Below, piece after piece: positions 44,843 through 54,062 of a stretch of 64,000 nt of DNA (positions within the stretch are counted from its first letter, which is position 1; every line of letters starts with the position of its first letter). The notes under the pieces were generated by a model. That model saw only the letters and a program-made list of their open reading frames with translations, ran no database searches and was not told the DNA's origin. The stretch lies in the IMG/VR virus record IMGVR_UViG_3300033067_002287, positions 971-64,970 of that record. One strand, written 5' to 3'. The position numbers and the translations under genes are program-made. This stretch comes from a virus (Duplodnaviria; Caudoviricetes).

Positions 44843-46221
44843 TGTCAATTTCAAAATGGGAAAAATCGTTTTTTGGAGGACATAAAAAAGTTTTATGGGA
44901 TTATCCTGAAATTAAGGTTCCTTATGAAATTAATATAGAACTTCCCCCATTCAAAGGAAATCCAAAAATGGAAGACTTAGGATATTTTGCTGCAATGAAA
45001 TTAATGAAATTGTACTTGTTAAAAGTAAAAGAATTTAATCTTATTCCTCAACTCCTTGCAGGTAAAAATGTAATAGGAACTAAAAAGACTAGTTTTAGTT
45101 TTATTAGAAAAGAAAAAGTCCTATATATAGATCCAGCAAGAATACAACATGTATTAAGTGCTATTATATTTGCAGAAGCTGAGTTGAAAGAAATGTTTAT
45201 AGAATATGCTGACTTTATAAAGCAAGTTTCACTGTCAATGGATATACCTGATGAAAAAGAGGGAAATTCATCTAGTGGAAAGGGAAAAAAGGGGGATGGA
45301 GATAAAGATGGGGACGAAAGCTCAGGAAAAGATATTAGAAAATTAGAATCAACTTTGGAAGTTAAACTACTAAAAGTAGAATTTAATACTAAAAAAGAAT
45401 GGGTTTATAGTTGTGGCTCTGTTACAAATGGAACTCTTACCAAAAATACTAAGTTTTTAACTCTTAAAAAGCGAAAAAGCACAAGATATTCTTCTGAAGA
45501 AAAAATAGCAAGTTTGAATTTAGTTAAAAAGTTAGATATATCCTTTGACCCGCAAAAAGATATTATTAAAAATATTAAAATGGGGAAATTGGATGTTGCT
45601 AAGCTAGCAAATTCAATTACGGGAGATAGTAATTTATATTATAAAATTGAGGATAATCAAACTACAAAACCATTTAGCGTGTGTATATTAGGGGATGAAA
45701 GTGGAAGTATGTCTTATGCTGATATAATTGGTGAACAAAAATCACTAATAAAAGTTTTGTATGCCGCATTTAGACAAATTTTACCTCCAGATAAAATATA
45801 CGTATATGGACATACTGGTTATCATACCCCCGACATTATGATTTATAATGATAAATTCAATGATACGTTTGATGAAACTATAGATAATATGGGAGCCAAT
45901 AAAATGGAACAAAATTATGATGGTCCTGTGATAGAGTCTATTTTTAACAAAATTAGAACTTTTACTGACGATAATATACTAATGATTAGTATTAGTGATG
46001 GAGAACCATCAGGACACTCATATGGGGGCCCTCCAGCTATAGTAGAAATGAAAAAAATAATTGAAAAATGTAAAAGAGAGGGATTTGTAACAGTAGGAAT
46101 TGGAATTAAACATAATGTAGAAGAAATATATAATTATCACACTAGAGTAGATAATATAGAAGATTTAGTTAAAAAATCAGTTCTTATTATTAATAAAGCA
46201 GTTAAAGCTGAATTTCAGTAA
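44842..46221 (+). CDS. CobT-like VWA domain protein
   Basis: GKLD, DESGSM, NYDG, ISDGEP. Confidence 0.8.
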   Translation: MSISKWEKSFFGGHKKVLWDYPEIKVPYEINIELPPFKGNPKMEDLGYFAAMKLMKLYLLKVKEFNLIPQLLAGKNVIGTKKTSFSFIRKEKVLYIDPARIQHVLSAIIFAEAELKEMFIEYADFIKQVSLSMDIPDEKEGNSSSGKGKKGDGDKDGDESSGKDIRKLESTLEVKLLKVEFNTKKEWVYSCGSVTNGTLTKNTKFLTLKKRKSTRYSSEEKIASLNLVKKLDISFDPQKDIIKNIKMGKLDVAKLANSITGDSNLYYKIEDNQTTKPFSVCILGDESGSMSYADIIGEQKSLIKVLYAAFRQILPPDKIYVYGHTGYHTPDIMIYNDKFNDTFDETIDNMGANKMEQNYDGPVIESIFNKIRTFTDDNILMISISDGEPSGHSYGGPPAIVEMKKIIEKCKREGFVTVGIGIKHNVEEIYNYHTRVDNIEDLVKKSVLIINKAVKAEFQ

Positions 46222-46222
46222 A

Positions 46223-46489
46223 ATGAGTAAATATTACTTAAGTAAAGAAAAGAAATTAAAAAGAAAGTTATCATTTCAAAAATCTCGTTTAAGAAAAATT
46301 TTACTATCTAAAAAAAAGAAGCAGATCATTATGAATGATACATATTTTTATTCAATTAAAGAAATGTTATCATCAAATGATAAAGATGCAGTCGCTTTAG
46401 CAAAAATAATTGTATTTCAAACTAAATTTGAAAATGTTAATTATGTTGATGATTTGGTAGAAAATTACTATCATCACTTGATGATATAA
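46223..46489 (+). CDS. Small protein with ML.S.D...LA motif
   Basis: IKEMLSSNDKDAVALAKIIV. Confidence 0.55.
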   Translation: MSKYYLSKEKKLKRKLSFQKSRLRKILLSKKKKQIIMNDTYFYSIKEMLSSNDKDAVALAKIIVFQTKFENVNYVDDLVENYYHHLMI

Positions 46490-46507
46490 CCATTTTAGTT
46501 TCTTTTT

Positions 46508-46531
46508 TCAAAGTTCTTTTTTTAAATTTAT
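46508..46531 (+). promoter_or_regulatory. Conserved promoter repeat TCAAAGTTC-T7-AAATTTAT (copy 1)
   Basis: Same 24-mer at 52245 and 59282; each lies 14-19 nt upstream of an ATG. Confidence 0.65.
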
Positions 46532-46545
46532 TCAAAATAATTACA

Positions 46546-47802
46546 ATGTCAAATGTACTAGAGGATATAACAAAATCATGTAGGACTTTACTAATGAAAG
46601 AACATTTTTACGGTCTTATACTAGCCTCCCTTAATAAGGGATTAAACACAACTATTCCTACAGCGTGTGTATCTAAAAATGGAATAAATTTCCAACTTTC
46701 AGTAAATCCTGAATTTTTCACATCATTAAAACCTGCAACCAGAATAGGAGTACTAAAACATGAATTATTGCATATAGCCTTTATGCATTTGTTAATATGG
46801 CCTGACTTTTCAGATCATGATTTAGCTAATATTGCAGCCGATCTTGAAATAAATCAATTTATAGATAAAGAATTTAAAGATACAGATTGGGTAGGGTTGG
46901 AATTATCATCTTATCCTGAATTAAAATTACCACCTAAAGCAGGTATGAGAGAATATTACAAACTGTTGAGTAATATTAACAATAAAAGACCAAAAGATGG
47001 AAATGGTAAGCCTGGTGATGGTGGATCACCAAATGATGGTTCATCTGATGTTAAATCCAAAATATGGGATGTATATGATGCTTCTAAAAGGGGAGAAACT
47101 GTTGTTTGTTCACATGAAATGTGGAAGGAAATAATGGATTCCTTATCAGAAGCAGACAGAAAATTAATCCAAAAACAAATTGATTATCAATTAAAAGAGC
47201 ATGCCTCATCTATTAGAGATAGGGGATTAATTCCTGGTGAAATGGAATCATATATAAATTCTTTATTTGAAGTAAAAGAAGCAGTTATAGATTGGAGAGC
47301 ATATGTTAGAAGGTATGGAGGGTCATCAAATAAAATCTATACTAAAAAATCAAGAAGGAAATTAAATAAAAGATTCTCAGACAACCCAGCATTAAAAATT
47401 AAACAAAAGAAAAATTTATTAGTAGGTATAGATACTTCGGGATCTGTATCAGATGATGATTTAAGAGAATTTTTTAATGAAATATATCATATCCACAAAA
47501 CCGGGGTTAAAGTTACCATTATAGAATGTGATGCTAGAATTAATTCTATATATGAATATAAAGGAGTCATGCCAGAAAAAGTAACGGGAAGAGGAGGAAC
47601 GGATTTTCAACCCGTTATAGATTATTTTAATGCTAATTATAAGAAATTTAATTCATTAATATATCTAACAGATGGATATTGTTCAGCCCCTAATCCCGCT
47701 CCAAGAAACCAAACTTTATGGGTTATATGTTCAAAAGGAGTAAATGTTGAAAACTTAAAAGATTTTAAAGGAGCTAAAGTTAAAATTAATCATCATGGAT
47801 AG
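46546..47802 (+). CDS. DUF2201-type metallopeptidase + VWA protein
   Basis: HELLH (HExxH), NIAADLEINQ, DTSGSVS, GRGGTDF, YLTDG. Confidence 0.88.
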   Translation: MSNVLEDITKSCRTLLMKEHFYGLILASLNKGLNTTIPTACVSKNGINFQLSVNPEFFTSLKPATRIGVLKHELLHIAFMHLLIWPDFSDHDLANIAADLEINQFIDKEFKDTDWVGLELSSYPELKLPPKAGMREYYKLLSNINNKRPKDGNGKPGDGGSPNDGSSDVKSKIWDVYDASKRGETVVCSHEMWKEIMDSLSEADRKLIQKQIDYQLKEHASSIRDRGLIPGEMESYINSLFEVKEAVIDWRAYVRRYGGSSNKIYTKKSRRKLNKRFSDNPALKIKQKKNLLVGIDTSGSVSDDDLREFFNEIYHIHKTGVKVTIIECDARINSIYEYKGVMPEKVTGRGGTDFQPVIDYFNANYKKFNSLIYLTDGYCSAPNPAPRNQTLWVICSKGVNVENLKDFKGAKVKINHHG

Positions 47803-48049
47803 TACTAAAAAAGAGCACTTCAACAGAAGAAAGTTACGTTCTCGTCTTAACAAAAAATTAAGTAAACAAACAAGTCCCCATTTTCTTAAATTAAATGAGG
47901 AAGCTTGGACTAATTTATTAGATATGCTTACATCAAAAGATGATGATAGCCATAAATTAGCTATTGAGATGATATTTAGATCTAATTTAGATATATCACA
48001 ACGAAATTGCATAGTAAAATTCCACTGGAAAATAATGCATGGAAGATAA
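47795..48049 (+). CDS. Small protein with ML.S.D...LA motif
   Basis: LLDMLTSKDDDSHKLAIEMI. Confidence 0.55.
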   Translation: MDSTKKEHFNRRKLRSRLNKKLSKQTSPHFLKLNEEAWTNLLDMLTSKDDDSHKLAIEMIFRSNLDISQRNCIVKFHWKIMHGR

Positions 48050-48269
48050 TAATATTGTTATAGACAAAGAAAAACGTGATTTTATCCTAGAAATGGTTCA
48101 TAGTGATGATATTTCTAATTTGGAAATGGCGTTTGATATTATGCAGGGAGCTAAGTGGGATGCACAAAATGTAGAGTTCTTTAACCAAGTTAATGTTGAA
48201 ATATATCGAAAAATAGGTCCTGCTCAATGGATGAAAATGATAAATAAATACCATGGAAGAAATGATTAA
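48039..48269 (+). CDS. Small protein with ML.S.D...LA motif
   Basis: ILEMVHSDDISNLEMAFDIM. Confidence 0.55.
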   Translation: MEDNNIVIDKEKRDFILEMVHSDDISNLEMAFDIMQGAKWDAQNVEFFNQVNVEIYRKIGPAQWMKMINKYHGRND

Positions 48270-48720
48270 TATTAACCCACCCCAATGTGAAGGGTTAATA
48301 GAAATGTTATCATCTGATGATAAGCAAACTGTTGAATTGGCTCTTTGTATGTTACAAAATAGAAATATTTTGAATGAACAAAGTGAAGAATGCTACAAAA
48401 ACATTTGTGAAAAAACAGCTTATAATTTATTTATTAAGTACACTAATTTATCGAAATCAATTACTCCTGTTTATGTAATAAAAGTTAATGGTGTAATTAT
48501 ATATCCTCGTGGACATGGTAGAACATGGTTTTGGATAACAAAACAATCTGCAATTATGAATGCAAGACGTTTTATTGAGAAAGTAATACTTGATCAAATT
48601 GATTATAATTTGTGGAAAAAATATTATGCAATATATGATGGTGTTCGTATAACTAGCAAAGTAGTATTAGATCTTTTAATTGAAAATAAGATTATATCAA
48701 TCGAAAAAGTTAATATATAA
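48253..48720 (+). CDS. Protein with N-terminal ML.S.D...LA motif
   Basis: LIEMLSSDDKQTVELALCML; paralog of 48757. Confidence 0.6.
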   Translation: MEEMININPPQCEGLIEMLSSDDKQTVELALCMLQNRNILNEQSEECYKNICEKTAYNLFIKYTNLSKSITPVYVIKVNGVIIYPRGHGRTWFWITKQSAIMNARRFIEKVILDQIDYNLWKKYYAIYDGVRITSKVVLDLLIENKIISIEKVNI

Positions 48721-48756
48721 TGAAAATTGAATTAAAAATCCCTTTTATATAAAAAT

Positions 48757-49317
48757 ATGGAAATAGAAAAAATTATTATAACAGATGATATGTTAGAGTC
48801 ATTTGTTGATATGTTAAAATCACCTGATGCTGATACAGGTAAATTAGCTATTTCTGTTCTAGAAAATAGAGATAAATCTAATGTTGAAAGCGAAAAAAAC
48901 TTTATGTCATTACGATATGCAATTATATCTAATGAAATATGCTTTCCTAAAGAAAGTAGATATGTTATTAAGTGTGATGATAGGACTTTAATTGTAAATG
49001 GTAGAATGGCTTTCGCATCTGAGAAAGATGCATTAAGAAACTTATCAGCCCATTTTACAAAACTTATAGGAACTTCTCCTAAACCTAGTTTTTATAAAAA
49101 TTATTATAAAAAACAATGTAGATGGAATAGAAAAACATATGATGAAAATGAAATGAAAAAATATGTAGATAAGCATGTAAAAGCAGTACAAGAAAGTATG
49201 CCTTATTATACAAAAGATCAACCATATTTTTTAGCACTAAAACGACTTTTCAAAGGTGGAAAAGAACTTAGAGATTTTCTAATAAAAGAAAACATAGTTC
49301 AAATTATAAAATTATAA
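48757..49317 (+). CDS. Protein with N-terminal ML.S.D...LA motif
   Basis: FVDMLKSPDADTGKLAISVL. Confidence 0.6.
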   Translation: MEIEKIIITDDMLESFVDMLKSPDADTGKLAISVLENRDKSNVESEKNFMSLRYAIISNEICFPKESRYVIKCDDRTLIVNGRMAFASEKDALRNLSAHFTKLIGTSPKPSFYKNYYKKQCRWNRKTYDENEMKKYVDKHVKAVQESMPYYTKDQPYFLALKRLFKGGKELRDFLIKENIVQIIKL

Positions 49318-49318
49318 A

Positions 49319-50053
49319 ATGAATACATTTCTAGGAGAGATCAATAAAATACCAGATTCAGATGCAAATGCTGTATTACAGTTATCTGTAATGTGTCCTA
49401 AGTTAGTATTAACGGGTAGTTTATCTATGCATGTTTTAGGTTTGAAAAAAATAAGAGAACAACATGATATAGATATGGCTTTAATTGACTATTTAACTGA
49501 GGATGAGTTATTACTCATTATGAGTTTTTACGATTTTGAAGTAGCAGATAATCTTGAGCATTCAGGTATGGATTATGATTTAGAAGATAGACAATTTTAT
49601 CCATTGTGGAAAATACTAGATTCTGACAGTAAAATATCTATATCTAATATTCTTAAAGGAGAAATAATCCAACTAAGAAAAGTAGAAAAAGGTAGAATTG
49701 TACAAAAAATAGATATTTTTAACAGGTGGTTAATAAAACCAAAAGATTATTTTGTCATTAACTATAATGAAATTGATATTAAAATAACAGTTCCTGCTGT
49801 ATCTATTGCACAAAAAGCAATGTATGCTTTTTCTCTTTGTGATGATGATAAAAGATTAAAACACTTTTATGATATAAAATATTTTATAGAAAATTATGAT
49901 GAATATTTTAGAACTATACATTCAATAGTTATACAAGGTGAAAACGAATATATTCAAAAATTTAACTTTATCGAAGATAAATTTATTAAAATATCTTTAT
50001 ACACAAAAATCAAAAACAAAATTTTATGGCTTCTAAGAAAGAAAAAGAGTTAA
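49319..50053 (+). CDS. Nucleotidyltransferase-fold protein
   Basis: VLTGSLS...HDIDM (GS...DxD), KHFYD. Confidence 0.6.
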   Translation: MNTFLGEINKIPDSDANAVLQLSVMCPKLVLTGSLSMHVLGLKKIREQHDIDMALIDYLTEDELLLIMSFYDFEVADNLEHSGMDYDLEDRQFYPLWKILDSDSKISISNILKGEIIQLRKVEKGRIVQKIDIFNRWLIKPKDYFVINYNEIDIKITVPAVSIAQKAMYAFSLCDDDKRLKHFYDIKYFIENYDEYFRTIHSIVIQGENEYIQKFNFIEDKFIKISLYTKIKNKILWLLRKKKS

Positions 50054-51219
50054 TCAAAATTAACGTTGAAGAACTTAAAGATTTTTTAACACACATTATC
50101 CAAAACAATCGATTCCTACAGACAAAGAATAAAATTCCTGTAGCAATAGAAATAGTTGGAGATTCTGGGATCGGGAAAACATCATCTATTATTCAACTTA
50201 AAGAGGAATTAGGTCTTAATCACTTGATTAAACTTAATTTGGCTCAAATTGAAGAATTAGGTGATTTAGTTGGGTTCCCCATTCGTCAATTCGAAATGAA
50301 AAAGGATAAAGAATTATTATGGATTGATGAACATGCCTTTAATGAGTATAAAGAATTAGGATTTGACTCAACTGGAAGAAACAGAATGAGTTATTGTCCA
50401 CCAGAATGGATTTCTGGTAAGGGTGAAGGAGGTATACTTCTATTGGATGACTGGAACCGTGCTGATATGAGGTTTGTACAAGCCGTAATGGAATTGATTG
50501 ATAGACAACAATACTTAAGTTGGAAATTACCAAAAGACTGGCATATTGTGTTAACAAGTAATCCAGATGATGGTGATTATTTAGTTCAAAGTATTGATAA
50601 TGCCCAAAAAACTCGATTTATATCAGTTAAGGTAAAATTTGACATTAAATGTTGGAGTAAATGGGCTGAAAAAGAAGGGTTGGATAACAGATGTATCAAT
50701 TTCCTTTTACTTCACCCTGAATTGGTTACTAAAGAAATCAATGCCCGTAGCTCAGTTATGTTTTTTAATTCAATATCATCATTAGATGATTTTGAAAAAT
50801 CACTATCATTAATTCAAATGATTGGTGAAGGTTCTGTAGGTGCAGATTTCTCAACAATGTTTTCATTATTTATCAACAATAAATTGGATAAAATTATTCC
50901 TCCTACAGACATTATGTTTAAAGATAAAGAACTTATTATTAAAACACTTAAAGGTATGATTGGTGTAGGAGAAAAATATAGAAGTGACATTGCTTCTATT
51001 CTGGTACACAGATTAATTAACTGTACTTATTCTTTACTTAAAACAGACCCATCTAAAATAGATAAAGCATACATTGATAGAATAGCAGATCTTGTTACAA
51101 ATGATATTTTTGCTGTTGACTTAAGATTTATGCTTGTAAAGCAAATATGGGCCTTAGATAAGGATAAATTTAAAACTATGACTCTAAATAATAAACTTTT
51201 AGGGTATATTATAAAGTAA
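50026..51219 (+). CDS. MoxR-like AAA+ ATPase
   Basis: GDSGIGKT, DLVGFP, PPEW, LLLDDWNRA, VLTSNP. Confidence 0.88.
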   Translation: MASKKEKELIKINVEELKDFLTHIIQNNRFLQTKNKIPVAIEIVGDSGIGKTSSIIQLKEELGLNHLIKLNLAQIEELGDLVGFPIRQFEMKKDKELLWIDEHAFNEYKELGFDSTGRNRMSYCPPEWISGKGEGGILLLDDWNRADMRFVQAVMELIDRQQYLSWKLPKDWHIVLTSNPDDGDYLVQSIDNAQKTRFISVKVKFDIKCWSKWAEKEGLDNRCINFLLLHPELVTKEINARSSVMFFNSISSLDDFEKSLSLIQMIGEGSVGADFSTMFSLFINNKLDKIIPPTDIMFKDKELIIKTLKGMIGVGEKYRSDIASILVHRLINCTYSLLKTDPSKIDKAYIDRIADLVTNDIFAVDLRFMLVKQIWALDKDKFKTMTLNNKLLGYIIK

Positions 51220-51251
51220 AATCAACCCCCCTTAAAAAATAATCCGTCCCT

Positions 51252-52226
51252 ATGGAAAAACAAGTGTATATGTGCCAACTCTCTTGGAGATCTAGAAGAT
51301 TTGAACTAACCGATTCAAAGAAATATTCTATAATAAAATATGATGACTTTAAAAAATTAAAAATTGAAGATTGGGAAAAATTATCATTCAATAGAATACA
51401 GCCAAATACTAAAATTTATCCTTTAAAATATGGTTCTAAAGTAACTAGATTTATATTAAAAGATTTCTTAAGTAAGAATCCTACAATAACTAAGACAAAT
51501 AAAAAAGAAAATGCTGATACAGTAATTGTAAGTTTAAGTTATTTGAAAAACTTTATTTATCGTGGAATATATGAGCAAGAATTATATTTAATACCTCGAT
51601 CTAAGATAGATATACCTTTTGCTGATATTGATAATAGTGAAATTTATTGTAGTAATCATGGACATCAATTTGAAGGAAATTCCATTGGAAAATGTATTAC
51701 ATCAAAATATAATGAATTAGCTTTTGAGAGGGCAAAAGAATATATGTGGTTAGAATCAGTATATGGTAAAAAGAATATTGTATTAGATGAATATCTATTT
51801 GACGACATAACAAAAGATTCTATAAAATTAGATAATGAAACATATGAAAATTTAGATAGTCTCTTTTCAAGCGGAAATAAAGATTCAATTGATTTAGGTA
51901 TGAAAATTCTATCAGAATTAAATTTAGAAGAAAATAAAATTTATATACTCATACTTCTAAATAAACATAAAAACCTATTACTTACTAGAGGTAAAGTTAA
52001 GGTATGGGAAAATATGAAAAACCTTCTTAACTCAATTAGAGAAAAATATAAAGTAAAATTCTATGATAGATCCTGGTATGAATTTATACCAGCAATGTAT
52101 AAAACTTTTAATATTAAAGGTTCTGAATATGAAAATATCTTGTACAAGTATTTACTAGATATGGTTAATAAAGAATGTAAAATGTCGAATTTAGATATAA
52201 CAAAATTGGAATTTGAACTAAAATAG
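51252..52226 (+). CDS. Hypothetical protein with internal L.S...D..LG motif
   Basis: LDSLFSSGNKDSIDLGMKIL. Confidence 0.6.
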   Translation: MEKQVYMCQLSWRSRRFELTDSKKYSIIKYDDFKKLKIEDWEKLSFNRIQPNTKIYPLKYGSKVTRFILKDFLSKNPTITKTNKKENADTVIVSLSYLKNFIYRGIYEQELYLIPRSKIDIPFADIDNSEIYCSNHGHQFEGNSIGKCITSKYNELAFERAKEYMWLESVYGKKNIVLDEYLFDDITKDSIKLDNETYENLDSLFSSGNKDSIDLGMKILSELNLEENKIYILILLNKHKNLLLTRGKVKVWENMKNLLNSIREKYKVKFYDRSWYEFIPAMYKTFNIKGSEYENILYKYLLDMVNKECKMSNLDITKLEFELK

Positions 52227-52244
52227 TTTTTAAAAATTTTTTTG

Positions 52245-52268
52245 TCAAAGTTCTTTTTTTAAATTTAT
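52245..52268 (+). promoter_or_regulatory. Conserved promoter repeat (copy 2)
   Basis: TCAAAGTTCTTTTTTTAAATTTAT. Confidence 0.65.
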
Positions 52269-52286
52269 TCAAATTAACCATATATC

Positions 52287-52811
52287 ATGAATAATAATAA
52301 TGTAATTGTAGCATTAACAAATCCAAAATATCAACACAATGTAGGCGCTGCTATAAGAGCATGTTCATGTTGGGAAATTAAAAAATTAATTTGGTCAGGT
52401 AAACGATGCCCTCATCCTGAAGAGTGGAAAAATGACGTAGAATTACAGCAATATAGAATGCCTAGAGAGGAAAGAATGAAAGGTTATAAAGATGTTGAAC
52501 TCATCAAATGTGAAAGATTCAAAGATATAATCGATGCAGATAAAACTTTAATCCCAGTAGCAATTGAATTAGTAGAAAATGCTGAGGATTTATTTGATTT
52601 TGAGCATCCTGACAATGCAATGTATATTTTTGGACCTGAAGATGGTTCGATTCCTTCTACAATAAGACAACATTGTCATAGATTTGTTAAAATACCAACT
52701 GCACATTGTCTAAATTTAGCATGTGCAATAAATGTTATTTTAAGTCATCGTGCGACTCAAATATATCAAAAAACAGGTTATAAAACATCTTTAAAAGAAA
52801 TCAGGGGTTAA
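52287..52811 (+). CDS. SPOUT (TrmH/SpoU) RNA methyltransferase
   Basis: P...NVGAAIR, YIFGPEDGS, IPTAHCLNLA. Confidence 0.88.
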   Translation: MNNNNVIVALTNPKYQHNVGAAIRACSCWEIKKLIWSGKRCPHPEEWKNDVELQQYRMPREERMKGYKDVELIKCERFKDIIDADKTLIPVAIELVENAEDLFDFEHPDNAMYIFGPEDGSIPSTIRQHCHRFVKIPTAHCLNLACAINVILSHRATQIYQKTGYKTSLKEIRG

Positions 52812-52812
52812 T

Positions 52813-53034
52813 ATGGAACTAAATGATGTCTTAAAAGTATTAGAAGAGTACCATTACCAAGATACAGGTAAAATAGAAGGAACTCATTCAAAATATAAAG
52901 TTTTTGAAAACCCTCATCGGGAGGAAAAAGTATATTTAGGTAGCTATTTTATAGAAATAGAAACATGTTCGCATGCATACCCTTGGAAAGATAAAATATC
53001 AACAATTGATGAACTTAAAACATTTTTAGTATGA
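52813..53034 (+). CDS. Hypothetical protein
   Basis: Packed ORF. Confidence 0.5.
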   Translation: MELNDVLKVLEEYHYQDTGKIEGTHSKYKVFENPHREEKVYLGSYFIEIETCSHAYPWKDKISTIDELKTFLV

Positions 53035-53324
53035 GTTATTTAAATCGAAACTACATTACACCATCTGGTAATGATTTAACTGACGTAGTTCTCACTATTG
53101 AGAATGTTAAAAAATTCAATAAAATATGTCAGTTAGAAGATAGAGTTACTAAAGTTGGGGGTTTACCTAAAGGAGCAGAAGATGTTGTTACAATATGCAA
53201 CATGTTAGGTGAATTATATGGTACCCACAACGACATTTATTACTCATTAAAACGACAAAATTGCAAATCGGAGATAGAGTCCACTACACCCCCAGTTTTG
53301 GACCAAAAGAAAATGGAATCATAA
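53031..53324 (+). CDS. Hypothetical protein
   Basis: ATGA overlap with the previous gene. Confidence 0.5.
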   Translation: MSYLNRNYITPSGNDLTDVVLTIENVKKFNKICQLEDRVTKVGGLPKGAEDVVTICNMLGELYGTHNDIYYSLKRQNCKSEIESTTPPVLDQKKMES

Positions 53325-53467
53325 AATCATTTAACAATGATAAAACAATAGCATTTGTTGTTTATTATTGTAACGATGATTGGGATAATTATATGAATTA
53401 TACCGGTGCTTCAACTAAAATAAATGACATCCAAGAAGGATGGATTGATAAAATTACAAATGAATAA
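53261..53467 (+). CDS. Hypothetical SH3-like small protein
   Basis: IGDRVHY...ENGIIK...VVY pattern. Confidence 0.5.
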   Translation: MQIGDRVHYTPSFGPKENGIIKSFNNDKTIAFVVYYCNDDWDNYMNYTGASTKINDIQEGWIDKITNE

Positions 53468-53596
53468 TATGAAATATTTTTACTTAGCTTTAATATGTTA
53501 TCTAGGCACATTAGTATGTGTTATTAATGGATTTTTCATTATAACATGTATTTTTTGTTTTTTAACATTTTATTTTGCATATAAATTTATTTCAAA

Positions 53597-54037
53597 ATGA
53601 AAAAAATCATCATTCCACTACTATTTGTTAGTAACCTAAGTCAAGGTCAAAAATTATTTTCTAAAAATAATATAGCAGTATATAGTTTAGCAGCAACATC
53701 TGGTTTTTTAGCTGGGCTTAATGAATCATTATATGCTTATAACCCGTTTGAAGGAAGTCAATTTTCAGACCCTTATATAAGTTGGAAAAATCAATATAAA
53801 AATCATCTCCAAATAAATGGAAAATCATTTCAAGGAAAATATCTAGCCTTTACAACTGATTTAAATCACGCATCTGCATTTGGAAGAGATATGTCAATGT
53901 GCGTAGCAGTAGGTATATCATGGGAAGATTTTAAAGATGTTAAATCTAAGAAATGGTATATTGTTAAAAAAACTTTAATATGTTGGGGTGTAAGAAGCCT
54001 AACACATACTACTGCTTTAAACATATTTAAACAATAA
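53597..54037 (+). CDS. Secreted/membrane hypothetical protein
   Basis: N-terminal signal peptide-like MKKIIIPLLFVSNLSQG. Confidence 0.6.
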   Translation: MKKIIIPLLFVSNLSQGQKLFSKNNIAVYSLAATSGFLAGLNESLYAYNPFEGSQFSDPYISWKNQYKNHLQINGKSFQGKYLAFTTDLNHASAFGRDMSMCVAVGISWEDFKDVKSKKWYIVKKTLICWGVRSLTHTTALNIFKQ

Positions 54038-54062
54038 TTTCATAATAAAAAACACAATCGTT

